Of a DNA stretch of 31,891 nucleotides, positions 7,545-15,925 are shown piece by piece. This DNA is from Gemmatimonadales bacterium. GTDB taxonomy: Bacteria > Gemmatimonadota > Gemmatimonadetes > Gemmatimonadales > GWC2-71-9. The notes beneath the pieces were generated by a model. It saw only the letters and a program-made list of their open reading frames with translations, made no database searches and had not been told where the DNA came from. The DNA lies in assembly GCA_034666205.1 (NCBI GenBank), contig JAXDMF010000210.1, positions 1 through 31,891 on the forward strand. The letters are read 5' to 3'. Within the stretch, counting starts at the first letter, position 1, and each line of letters starts with the position of its first letter. Both the position numbers and the translations under genes were made by a program.

Positions 7545-8084
7545 CTAGTGGGGCTCGTCGCCGGTATCGCCTTGATCGACCGGGCGAGTCGGTTCGGCCT
7601 CGACCTGAGGACCCGGGGCTCCGCCAAATTGCTTGACCAACTCCTGGAGCGCCGCCTCCACTCTGACGGCCACCGGATGGCCTCGAGGGACTTGCCGCTC
7701 TAACTCCCGATCAGGTAGCGAAGGATCCAGCAGCGGACGAAAGAGCGTCTCGACCGTGAGCTGAGAGCTGCCCGGCCGAGCCGGATCAGCCCAGGCCCGA
7801 ACTCGCACGATCCCCGGTCCAACGGCGCGTCTTCCCCGGACCACTTTCCCGCTCCCCGCCTCGAACCAGGCAGTCTCGATGTACCCGTCTCGAAGCTGGA
7901 TCTTGCGGGGCGGGATCGAATCGGCCCGGAGCGCTTCGGCCAGGTGGCGGGTGGCTTCCGGTACGGTGAGGCGCACTTCGGTGCCTGCAGCTTCCGGAAG
8001 CGGGGTGTAGGAGGGGCGGGTGGTGTTCGGCTGGCACGCCACGGCCCCCAATCCTGCTCCTATAAGGAAGAGCGCTGCTCTCAC
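7545..8084 (-). CDS. Hypothetical lipoprotein (179 aa)
   Basis: Lipobox-type signal MRAALFLIGAGLGAVA-C. Start lies 3 nt after the upstream stop. Confidence 0.72.
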   Translation of the reverse strand: MRAALFLIGAGLGAVACQPNTTRPSYTPLPEAAGTEVRLTVPEATRHLAEALRADSIPPRKIQLRDGYIETAWFEAGSGKVVRGRRAVGPGIVRVRAWADPARPGSSQLTVETLFRPLLDPSLPDRELERQVPRGHPVAVRVEAALQELVKQFGGAPGPQVEAEPTRPVDQGDTGDEPH

Positions 8085-8087
8085 GGG

Positions 8088-8672
8088 TCAGTCCTGGTGC
8101 GGCGGGGTGCCGGGCGGATGGGAGTGTGGCGCTGAGCCTGGGGGATCGACGTGGGCCGGCGAGGTGCTTGAATCCGGTTCGGCTCCATGGTGATGGTGCC
8201 CTTCGCTCCGCTCGTGCAGCTCTTCTTGGAGGACCGGGCTGGGGATTCCCGCGGCATGCTCAAACACCAACTTGCCCCCATAGAACCCGGTTGCGCACAG
8301 CATTCCAACTCCCGCCAGCGACGCGATGACGGTTGCTGTCCGCTCCGGGCTCCCCATCCGCCTCTCCCGGAACAGCCGCCACAGGGCGAGGACCCCGAAT
8401 ATCCCCAGGCTGATCAGCGCGAACTGCTCGTGCGTCCCCATGACCTGGTGCACCGCCTCGCCATGGTCGATGTGCTCTTCGGCCTGAAGCCCCGAGACCA
8501 CGGCCACGATCGCTCCCAACGCGCCGACCAGCAGGAGCGAGAACCCCACCTGCCGGAGCACCACCCGCCGGGTGGCGAGTGCCAGGAGGTCGAAGAAGAC
8601 CGCGGTCACGAGCAAGGCGATCGGGAAGTCGTTCAGGAGCGCGTGCAGGCGGGGCCAGTCATAGCCGAGCAT
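8088..8672 (-). CDS. DUF2231-family membrane protein with His-rich C-terminal tail (194 aa)
   Basis: LHALLNDFPIAL start, four hydrophobic helices, HEQFA, GGKLVFEH and a GHHHH tail. GGAG Shine-Dalgarno. Confidence 0.75.
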   Translation of the reverse strand: MLGYDWPRLHALLNDFPIALLVTAVFFDLLALATRRVVLRQVGFSLLLVGALGAIVAVVSGLQAEEHIDHGEAVHQVMGTHEQFALISLGIFGVLALWRLFRERRMGSPERTATVIASLAGVGMLCATGFYGGKLVFEHAAGIPSPVLQEELHERSEGHHHHGAEPDSSTSPAHVDPPGSAPHSHPPGTPPHQD

Positions 8673-8688
8673 CTTGATCTCCAGAAGC

Positions 8689-8763
8689 GTGAGCGGTGAG
8701 CGGTAAGAGGTGAGCGGGAGGTGATGGGCGGGGCCCGCTCACTGCTCACCGCTTACCGCTTAC
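8689..8763. repeat. Inverted heptamer tandem repeat (GGT[A/G]AGC) forming a 30-bp hairpin between hbd and the DUF2231 gene
   Basis: Arms 8689-8718 and 8734-8763 with a 15-nt loop. The hbd C-terminus VSGKR-stop is encoded by the arm. Confidence 0.9.
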
Positions 8764-9651
8764 TTGCTGGACGACGTCAACCGGCACTGGTGGATCGACC
8801 GAGTAATCATAAAACCCCTTACCGCTTTTCTTGCCATGTAGCCCCTCCCGGGTCATCCGGCGAAGCAGCGGTGGCGCCGCGTACCGGTTGTCACCGTACG
8901 CCTCGAACATGATGTCGGCGATCCGCACGACCGTATCGAGCCCGATGAAATCCAACAGCGCCAGCGGACCCATTGGATGGCCGCATCCCAGCTGCATGGC
9001 ACGGTCGAGATCGGCGGTCGAGGCCACCCCGCGCTCCAGCGCACGGGTCGAGTCGAGCAGATAGGGAACCAGCAGCAGATTGACGATGAACCCCGGATTG
9101 TCCACTGTCGCCACGGGCTCCTTGCCCAGCGCCCGTGCGAAGTCATAGGCTCCCTGGAAAGTCTCCGTGCTCGTCGTGGCGGTCCGGATCACTTCCACCA
9201 GAGGCATCAGTGGGACCGGATTGAAGAAGTGCAGCCCCACGAACCGGTCGGCCCGGGTCGTAGCCGCCGCCATGGCCGCAATGGTCAGGCTGGAGGTGTT
9301 CGACGCGAAAATCGTGGCGGGACCGCACAGACGATCGAGCTCCCGCCAGAGACCATTCTTGAGCTCCAGGTCTTCCGTCACCGCCTCTATGATGATGTCG
9401 CAATCCCGGAGGGCCGAGAGGTCGGTACCAAAGGAGAGCCTGGCCAGCGCCGTGTCCCGGGCCGCCGGCGTCAGTTTGCCCTTCTCCACCAGCCGGCTCA
9501 GGGATTTCCCAATCGAAGCCCGGCCTTTCTCCAGCAGCGGCTGGGCCACGTCGCGGACGACAGTAAGGAATCCGGCCGCGGCCGCGGTTTGGGCGATACC
9601 GCTACCCATGAGGCCGCATCCGAGTACCCCCACCTTCCGGATTTCGCTCAT
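8746..9651 (-). CDS. hbd: 3-hydroxybutyryl-CoA (3-hydroxyacyl-CoA) dehydrogenase (301 aa)
   Basis: GCGLMGSG Rossmann motif, IEAVTE, ASNTSS, GLHFFNP, PGFIVN, HPMGPL, GKKSGKGFYDY. Confidence 0.92.
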   Translation of the reverse strand: MSEIRKVGVLGCGLMGSGIAQTAAAAGFLTVVRDVAQPLLEKGRASIGKSLSRLVEKGKLTPAARDTALARLSFGTDLSALRDCDIIIEAVTEDLELKNGLWRELDRLCGPATIFASNTSSLTIAAMAAATTRADRFVGLHFFNPVPLMPLVEVIRTATTSTETFQGAYDFARALGKEPVATVDNPGFIVNLLLVPYLLDSTRALERGVASTADLDRAMQLGCGHPMGPLALLDFIGLDTVVRIADIMFEAYGDNRYAAPPLLRRMTREGLHGKKSGKGFYDYSVDPPVPVDVVQQVSGKR

Positions 9652-10481
9652 GACTTGAGCGCCTTCCGCACCTCGTCTGCCAGCACACCGAGCAGGCCGA
9701 CAGAACGATCCGGAAGTGCGCCCGGCGCCTTGCCGGCGCTCTGCTCGAGGAAATCGAGTGCCCGCTCGAGGCCAAGCTGAAGCCGCTCGACGGCCGGGCC
9801 ATAACGCCGCACCACCGAATAGCCCAGGCCGAGGGCAACGGGAAGCGGCAGGAGCGCCAGCGGCAGCATGGCGCCGAGTGCTACCATCAGCGCCGTTCCG
9901 GCCGCACCCGACGTGATCAGCGCGGCGCTACCGCCGACGTAGCCGCTGCGGACACCCCTGGCGTCGGCCGCGAGGGTCACATGGGAGTACCCCGACTCGA
10001 GCGAGAGAATGGCTGCGGAAACGGTGCTGGCTCGGGAGAGCATGAACGATCGGGCTCCTGTGCTGAACGCGGCCATGGACCGGCGATAGGCCGCATGAAA
10101 CCCACCGACCGGTTCCCAGGTGATGCGGCCCGGCTGTGCCCGCTGCACGCAGAACAGCTCGTTGTTCTCCATCCAGCGAACCAGCTGCCGTTCGACGACC
10201 TCCGCCTCGGCGGGCACGACTCGCTGCGCGGTCACCTGTCCCGGCCCGGCGACCCGCTCGATCAGCCCCCCGGGTGCGAGGGGACCGACTCGAGTCCGTT
10301 CCTCGAGCAGGGCCTGCTGGAGATAGCGCACCGGAATCCCGACCTCGCGGCCCAGGGCCAACAGCTCGTCGGAGGTGAGCGTGTCGCCGATCTCGCGTTC
10401 GGCCGTTTGCAGCTCAGCTGCGCGTTGGATGATCCGCTCGAGCGCGGCACGGTCGATTCGGCCGGGTGGACCCTCGCTCAT
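9648..10481 (-). CDS. Hypothetical membrane protein (277 aa)
   Basis: Helical N-terminus (ERIIQRAAELQ...GREVGI) and a C-terminal hydrophobic hairpin. ATGA overlap with hbd and a 1-nt gap after the SPFH gene. Confidence 0.78.
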   Translation of the reverse strand: MSEGPPGRIDRAALERIIQRAAELQTAEREIGDTLTSDELLALGREVGIPVRYLQQALLEERTRVGPLAPGGLIERVAGPGQVTAQRVVPAEAEVVERQLVRWMENNELFCVQRAQPGRITWEPVGGFHAAYRRSMAAFSTGARSFMLSRASTVSAAILSLESGYSHVTLAADARGVRSGYVGGSAALITSGAAGTALMVALGAMLPLALLPLPVALGLGYSVVRRYGPAVERLQLGLERALDFLEQSAGKAPGALPDRSVGLLGVLADEVRKALKS

Positions 10482-10482
10482 G

Positions 10483-11349
10483 CTACTCCTTCGCGGGGGT
10501 CTTGGCGGCCTGCAATCTCATCTGAGACATCAAGGAAGAGATCTCCGATGCAGGCAGGGCGGGACCGGGCGCCTCCCCGGACAGGCTCGCCGGCTTCGCG
10601 GCCGCGGCGGCAACCTGATTCATGAACGGCCGGAACAGCTCGATGGGGATGGGGAAGATCGTGGTCGAGTTGTTCTCGGCAGCGATCTCGGTGACGGTCT
10701 GCAGATAGCGGAGCTGTATCGCGCTCGGTTCCATAGCAAGGTTGTGGGCCGCCTGAGCCAGCGTCTCGGAGGCCTGAAGCTCACCCTGCGCGTTGATCAC
10801 CTTGGCCCGACGCTCGCGCTCGGCCTCGGCCTGCCGTGCCATCGCTCGCTTCATCTGGTCCGGGAGGTCGACGTCCTTCACCTCGACGGCGGAGACCTCG
10901 ATACCCCACTGCTCGGTGCGCTGGTCGATAATTTTCTTGAGGACCGCGTTGATCTTCTCCCGGTCGGACAGCAGCTCATCGAGCTCCACTTCGCCCAAGA
11001 CCGAGCGCAGAGTGGTCTGAGCGAGCTGGCTCGTGGCATACATGTAGTCCTCGATCTCGAGCACCGCCTTGGCCGGCTCGCTCACCCGCATGTAGAGCAC
11101 CGCGTTGACCTTGACCGATACGTTGTCCCGGGTGATCACGTCCTGGGGCGGGATATCGACCGCCGAGATTCTGAGCGAGACGCGCTTCTGATTGGCAAAG
11201 CCGGCCGGAAGGAAGATGAGGCCGGGGCCCTTGGTCCCCCAGAAGCGCCCCAGAAAGAAGGTGACCCCGCGCTCGTACTGGCGCAGAACCCGGAGGCTCA
11301 GGAACGAGTAGACCACGGCAATGGCGAGTACAGGGATTAGAAGATCCAT
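10483..11349 (-). CDS. SPFH / stomatin-like (slipin) protein (288 aa)
   Basis: N-terminal [63 protein letters not shown]. Confidence 0.93.
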   Translation of the reverse strand: MDLLIPVLAIAVVYSFLSLRVLRQYERGVTFFLGRFWGTKGPGLIFLPAGFANQKRVSLRISAVDIPPQDVITRDNVSVKVNAVLYMRVSEPAKAVLEIEDYMYATSQLAQTTLRSVLGEVELDELLSDREKINAVLKKIIDQRTEQWGIEVSAVEVKDVDLPDQMKRAMARQAEAERERRAKVINAQGELQASETLAQAAHNLAMEPSAIQLRYLQTVTEIAAENNSTTIFPIPIELFRPFMNQVAAAAAKPASLSGEAPGPALPASEISSLMSQMRLQAAKTPAKE

Positions 11350-11359
11350 AGGATCGCTC

Positions 11360-12571
11360 TCAGCTGGAGAAGGCTTCCACGATCACGGCCGCACCCTGGC
11401 CTCCGCCAATACATGCGCTTCCTAGCCCGTAGCGCCCCCCGCGGCGCCGGAGTGCGTGGAGCAGATGGAGAGTGATGCGCGCACCGCTGGCCCCGAGCGG
11501 GTGGCCGATGGCGATGGCGCCCCCATCCACGTTGGTGCGCTCCCGGTCCAGGCCGAGCTCCTGCTCGACCGCAAGGTACTGGGCGGCGAACGCCTCGTTC
11601 ACCTCAACGAGATCCATATCGTCGAGTTTCAGGCCGGCACGGGCGAGCGCCTTTCGGGCGGCTGGAGCCGGTCCGATCCCCATGATGCTCGGCTCGACGC
11701 CTACGCTGGCCCAGGCGAGCAGGCGGCCCAGGGGGCGGAGGCCACGCTCGGCCGCGAACTGTCCACTGGCAAGCAGGAGCGCTGCCGCGCCATCGCAAAT
11801 GCCGGATGCATTGCCGGCAGTCACGACTCCGTCCTTCTTGAAGTACGGGGGCAGCTTGGCCAGTGCGTCCACCGTGGTCCCGGGACGCATATGCTCGTCG
11901 GCGGCCCACGGCTCGGTTTGCCGGGTCTTTCGATTCTGAATCGGGACCGGCACGATCTCCTCGGCGAATGCTCCCGACTCCCAGGCCGAGGCCGCGCACG
12001 CCTGGCTACGTGCGGCATAGCAATCGACCGCTTGGCGGCTGATTCGATATTGCTCAGCCAGCTTCTCCGCCGTTTCAGCCATCGAGAGCCCACAGCCGGG
12101 GTCCCGGAGTGCTTCCCAGAGTGTGTCCTCGAGCGGAGCCGCTGGACCGAGCCGAAGACCCCAGCGGGCGCCCCGCACGACGTGAGGAGCCTGGCTCATC
12201 GATTCCGTTCCGCCGGCGAGTACCAGGTCGGACTCGCCGAGGAGGATCTGCTGGGCGGCTTGGGCCACCGCCTCGAATCCGGAGCCGCAGAGCCGGTTGA
12301 CCGTTACGGCCGGAGCCTCGACGGGAGCGCCGGCGCGGAGCCCGACATGCCGAGCGAGGTAGATCGCGTCGGCCGAGGTCTGGAGAACGTTGCCGAACAC
12401 GACATGACCCACCGACTTGGCCTCTACCGAGCCGCGCTCGAGTGCGGCTCGCGCGGCGATCGCGCCAAGGTCGGTTGCCGAAAACTCCTTCAGCGCGCCG
12501 CCGAACGTGCCGAAGCCCGTGCGTGCGCCGGAAAGGAAGACGACTTCACGATCTGGCTGGCGGGAACTCAC
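11360..12571 (-). CDS. Acetyl-CoA C-acyltransferase (thiolase, about 403 aa)
   Basis: [50 protein letters not shown] at 12571 chosen because the longer ORF overlaps the upstream gene. Confidence 0.92.
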   Translation of the reverse strand: MSSRQPDREVVFLSGARTGFGTFGGALKEFSATDLGAIAARAALERGSVEAKSVGHVVFGNVLQTSADAIYLARHVGLRAGAPVEAPAVTVNRLCGSGFEAVAQAAQQILLGESDLVLAGGTESMSQAPHVVRGARWGLRLGPAAPLEDTLWEALRDPGCGLSMAETAEKLAEQYRISRQAVDCYAARSQACAASAWESGAFAEEIVPVPIQNRKTRQTEPWAADEHMRPGTTVDALAKLPPYFKKDGVVTAGNASGICDGAAALLLASGQFAAERGLRPLGRLLAWASVGVEPSIMGIGPAPAARKALARAGLKLDDMDLVEVNEAFAAQYLAVEQELGLDRERTNVDGGAIAIGHPLGASGARITLHLLHALRRRGGRYGLGSACIGGGQGAAVIVEAFSS

Positions 12572-12633
12572 GCAGAAATTCCAGCGAAGGAGGAGGGACG
12601 AAACAGGGCAGGCATCGGAGGACGAAATATAAG

Positions 12634-13278
12634 CTAGTCCCGCCTCACGGCGGCGCCGCACGCAACACAGTGACGCCACGCGGGATCGAGCTCAGTCTGG
12701 CATTCAGGGCAGTGGGTAAGCGCCTGCCTCTCACCGCAGTGGGGACAGAATTTCACACTCCGCCCCGGGGGGAGCTTCCCGCTACACGCCCGGCAAATTG
12801 CAGGAGGCAGGGGTCCCGACTGCGGCTTGCTCACCTCTCGCGCGGGCGCGGGCGGATCTGGTACTCGGGCGGGCTCCCTGGGGGCAGGGGGCGCGAAACG
12901 CTGGTCCGATGGAGCAAAGGCGAGCTCCTGGGCCGGGTCGAGCGCACGGACCAACTGCTCCTGGTTCAGGATGACGACTGCGTTCTCGTGCCGGTGGGCG
13001 ATCGTCAGGTCAGGATTGGAACTCAGCGCTTCGGCCGCAAACTCCGCATAAACGTCGTCCGGCTCCGTGCGGGCGAACCCACCCTCGCCGGCGCACAGGC
13101 GGATGAGAACCAGCTCGTAGTCCTCGCTGGTCTCGAGCTGCAGAGCCCGACGGTTGGCCCGGTACGGGAGGATCGTCCCACGGATCTCGCCCAAAGGGAG
13201 AGGACGCCGAAGCCGGGCAGGATCGGTGGCTGCCAGGTTGCGGACCATCTGACGGAAGAAGCGGCTCAGGTCCTCCAC
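12634..13278 (-). CDS. Double zinc-ribbon domain protein (214 aa)
   Basis: Four C-terminal CxxC pairs (CRAC, CPHC, CPEC, CVAC) after a Pro-rich linker. Starts 2 nt after the upstream stop. Confidence 0.8.
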   Translation of the reverse strand: MEDLSRFFRQMVRNLAATDPARLRRPLPLGEIRGTILPYRANRRALQLETSEDYELVLIRLCAGEGGFARTEPDDVYAEFAAEALSSNPDLTIAHRHENAVVILNQEQLVRALDPAQELAFAPSDQRFAPPAPREPARVPDPPAPAREVSKPQSGPLPPAICRACSGKLPPGRSVKFCPHCGERQALTHCPECQTELDPAWRHCVACGAAVRRD

Positions 13279-13280
13279 GG

Positions 13281-14627
13281 CTAATCGGCGACCGGAAGAC
13301 CGCTGGGAACGCTAGACGGGATAGTGGCGGACAGGTCGCGCGCGGCGGGGTCGGTCAACGATCTCAGAAACGCCACGAGATCGGCTACCTCGGCGTCACT
13401 GAGTGCGAGCGGCGACTGGACCAGGGCATCGAGGGTAGCCGCCATGGCGTCGAGCGTCGACGGGTCGGAAAGGTGAGATGCCTGGAGGTCTGCCCGCAGC
13501 TGAGAAGCATCATAGGAGCGCAAGGCCGTATTCGTGTTCAGATAGTGTCGGACGGCGGCCTCCAATGTGGTGTAGGCGCCGTCGTGCATGTAGGGCCCGG
13601 TCAGCTCCACGTTCCTGAGCGGCGGGGTGCGGAACTGGTACCGTTGGCCCGCTGCCCCGGTGACTCGCTCACGGCCATGATCCTCCGGGCTCTCGGGGGC
13701 AAAGCCGGGGCCGACCTGGGGTACCCCGATACTGTGGAACAGCTGGTCGGTAAGCTGGGGTCCCAGATGACAGGCTCCACAGCCTGCTTTCCCGAAGAAC
13801 AAGAGAGCACCGCGTTTGTCCGCTTCACTCAAGGCACCTTCGTCACCGCGGAGGTAACGGTCCAGGGATGAGTTCACGCTGGTGAACGCTTCCACCTCGA
13901 ATGCGGCGATCGCATTGGCCGCGTGCTGAAAGCCGAGCTCTGCCGGGGGAACCGCCGGATAGGCTGCCTGAAACATCGAGACATACTCCGGTATGGCGAG
14001 CAGACGATTCATGAGAGCGGCCCACATGGCGGGGCGCTGGTCGTCACCGAGCTGCGCCAGCTCGTTGGCAGCGCCAAAGCGATCGAGGTCGCCGGCCTGG
14101 CCACGCATTTCCAGCCTGGTCGTCACCGGGAACATCGCCTGCGCCGCGAGCGCACTGGACAAGCCAGCTGGCAGTTGCGTCCCCGCAGGGGTCTGGAAGT
14201 CGCCATTGCCGGCCTGAAACACTCGCCCATCCCAAAACATGTTGGCGAACTCGGCATATCCGCGGTTGAAGAGCTCCTGCGAGTTCCGCGGCGTGAACTG
14301 GGGAGCGGCCGAGAGGACTCGGGAACCGGCGGAGCCGGCGCCGCCGGTGCCGATGGACAGAGAGAGTCCGTCGGATGTGCTGGATGCCGGGTTGTGGCAG
14401 GTGGCGCAGGAGATGTCGCGGTTGCCGCTCAGCACCTTGTCGAACATCAGGGCTTGGCCCAGCCGCACCAGGGCAGGGTCCTTTGCCGGCAGCGGCGACA
14501 GCGGGGTGACATTGGCTTCCGCCAAGGCGGCACGCATTTGGGTATCGAGGTCACTGGCGCCACCAGGGCCATCGCCACAACCGGCGACCAGCAGGGCTGT
14601 CGTGGTGATCGCGAGGAGTCCCTTCAT
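13281..14627 (-). CDS. Di-heme cytochrome c peroxidase / MauG superfamily lipoprotein (about 448 aa)
   Basis: Two CxxCH motifs (CATCH, CGACH), PRN, FWDGR, FRTPPLRNV, GPYMHDG. Lipobox LLVAG-C after ATG 14627, which overlaps the upstream TGA (ATGA). Confidence 0.88.
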   Translation of the reverse strand: MKGLLAITTTALLVAGCGDGPGGASDLDTQMRAALAEANVTPLSPLPAKDPALVRLGQALMFDKVLSGNRDISCATCHNPASSTSDGLSLSIGTGGAGSAGSRVLSAAPQFTPRNSQELFNRGYAEFANMFWDGRVFQAGNGDFQTPAGTQLPAGLSSALAAQAMFPVTTRLEMRGQAGDLDRFGAANELAQLGDDQRPAMWAALMNRLLAIPEYVSMFQAAYPAVPPAELGFQHAANAIAAFEVEAFTSVNSSLDRYLRGDEGALSEADKRGALLFFGKAGCGACHLGPQLTDQLFHSIGVPQVGPGFAPESPEDHGRERVTGAAGQRYQFRTPPLRNVELTGPYMHDGAYTTLEAAVRHYLNTNTALRSYDASQLRADLQASHLSDPSTLDAMAATLDALVQSPLALSDAEVADLVAFLRSLTDPAARDLSATIPSSVPSGLPVAD

Positions 14628-14995
14628 TTCACAACGATGGTTCCAGCCATGGCCGGCCCATGGATGCCGCAATCGTAGGGGTAGGTGCCGGCTGTCGGGA
14701 ATACCAGGCTGAAGACGCTTCCGTTATTGGCAAATACGGGGCTTCCTGGCAGGATGACATCGGCGAATTGCACACTATGACTTCCGGCCTCGATCCAAGT
14801 CCAGGTGACCGTTCCGCCTGCTGCGACCGTATCCACAGCCGGATTCACCGACCCGTTGTGGGCGCTCCGAAAGAAGATATTCCCCACGTTCACGGCAGCG
14901 TTCGACGGCGGAGTTTCGGTTCCAGCTGGGCCATCGCCACAGCCCGCCAGGAGGAAGGCAAAACATAGGAGCGACCATCGGGGTGAGCGCATCAT
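14624..14995 (-). CDS. Plastocyanin/azurin-like type-1 copper lipoprotein (123 aa)
   Basis: Lipobox LLAG-C. HSV and YDCGIHGPAM give the His/Cys/His/Met ligand set. Confidence 0.85.
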   Translation of the reverse strand: MMRSPRWSLLCFAFLLAGCGDGPAGTETPPSNAAVNVGNIFFRSAHNGSVNPAVDTVAAGGTVTWTWIEAGSHSVQFADVILPGSPVFANNGSVFSLVFPTAGTYPYDCGIHGPAMAGTIVVK

Positions 14996-15034
14996 CCGGG
15001 TGTACCGCCTTAAGGGTTCGTCAGTAGATCAGGT

Positions 15035-15658
15035 TCATGGTATCGGATCGTCGGCGAGAGGGAAACTCTCGCCGGCCGTGAGCCGCCGCTCCAGGGCCTC
15101 GAAGGCCGGGTCGGGGTCGTAGCCGACAAACATCCCGCGGGCCTGCTTCTTGGCCAGCCATTCACCGAAACCCGACTCCACCACACCGGCCGGCGTGATC
15201 TGCTCTCTAGCGGCGGCGACCGCGAGGTCGTTCGCGTACTCGTTCTTCGGGTGACCGCGGTGCCCCCGGACCCAGGTCCACTGCACGTCGTGCAGCCGGG
15301 CCGCGGCCGCCAACTCCTGCCAGAGGAGGAGGTTCTCGATGGGGCCCGCCTTTCGGGTCCATCCCCGGCCGGCCCAGCCCGGCACCCACTCCCGCATCCC
15401 CTTCACCAGGTACTCCGAGTCGGAGACCATGAGGACCCGCATGCGCTTCCCTTTGGCGGCCATCAGCCGCAAGACGGTGCTGGCTCCGATCAGCGCCATT
15501 CGGTTGTTGGTCGTGGCCGGGGCGTGGAGATAGAAATCACGCCGCTGAATCCGCCCCTGGCTCCGTACCTCGATGAGCCCTCCGGCCCCGCCCGGATTGT
15601 CTCCTTCCCGCCCGTTCCCGAGGCAGCTCTCGTCCAGATGCACCACGCTGACCTTCAC
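15035..15658 (-). CDS. rnhA: Ribonuclease HI family protein with variant active site (207 aa)
   Basis: DESCLGN, TTNNRMAL, SDSEY, NLLLW and WVRGHRGHPKNE are colinear with E. coli RNase HI. Confidence 0.88.
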   Translation of the reverse strand: MKVSVVHLDESCLGNGREGDNPGGAGGLIEVRSQGRIQRRDFYLHAPATTNNRMALIGASTVLRLMAAKGKRMRVLMVSDSEYLVKGMREWVPGWAGRGWTRKAGPIENLLLWQELAAAARLHDVQWTWVRGHRGHPKNEYANDLAVAAAREQITPAGVVESGFGEWLAKKQARGMFVGYDPDPAFEALERRLTAGESFPLADDPIP

Positions 15659-15879
15659 TCGATCACCTGAAAGCTGTCGATCTCGTTCAGGCGAAAGGTG
15701 AGGTCCTCTCCGGTCATCGGCAGCTTGCCGATCAGGGCATCGTGCTGGTCAATGGAGGTGACCCGGATTGCCACCACGATGTACTCGGTACCGCGACGGG
15801 ACAGCGCGACCCGGAGCCCTCGCCGGGCGGCGTTCTCGAGCTGGTCCATGCGGTCGGCTGTCCAGCGGACTGGGGACAT
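15655..15879 (-). CDS. Small hypothetical protein (74 aa), possible WYL/Sm-like fold
   Basis: Fills the selD-rnhA gap with a GTGA overlap to rnhA. Helix followed by beta strands ending FRLNEIDSFQVI. Confidence 0.75.
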   Translation of the reverse strand: MSPVRWTADRMDQLENAARRGLRVALSRRGTEYIVVAIRVTSIDQHDALIGKLPMTGEDLTFRLNEIDSFQVIE

Positions 15880-15925
15880 CGAGATCAGACCCTTTTGGTT
15901 CCGTGATTGTTTTCGTTGGTGTTTC

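Noticed and set aside
1-8763. Tandem repeats as a CRISPR array
   Set aside because: Units are 7-9 nt, contiguous and inverted, with no unique spacers and no cas genes.
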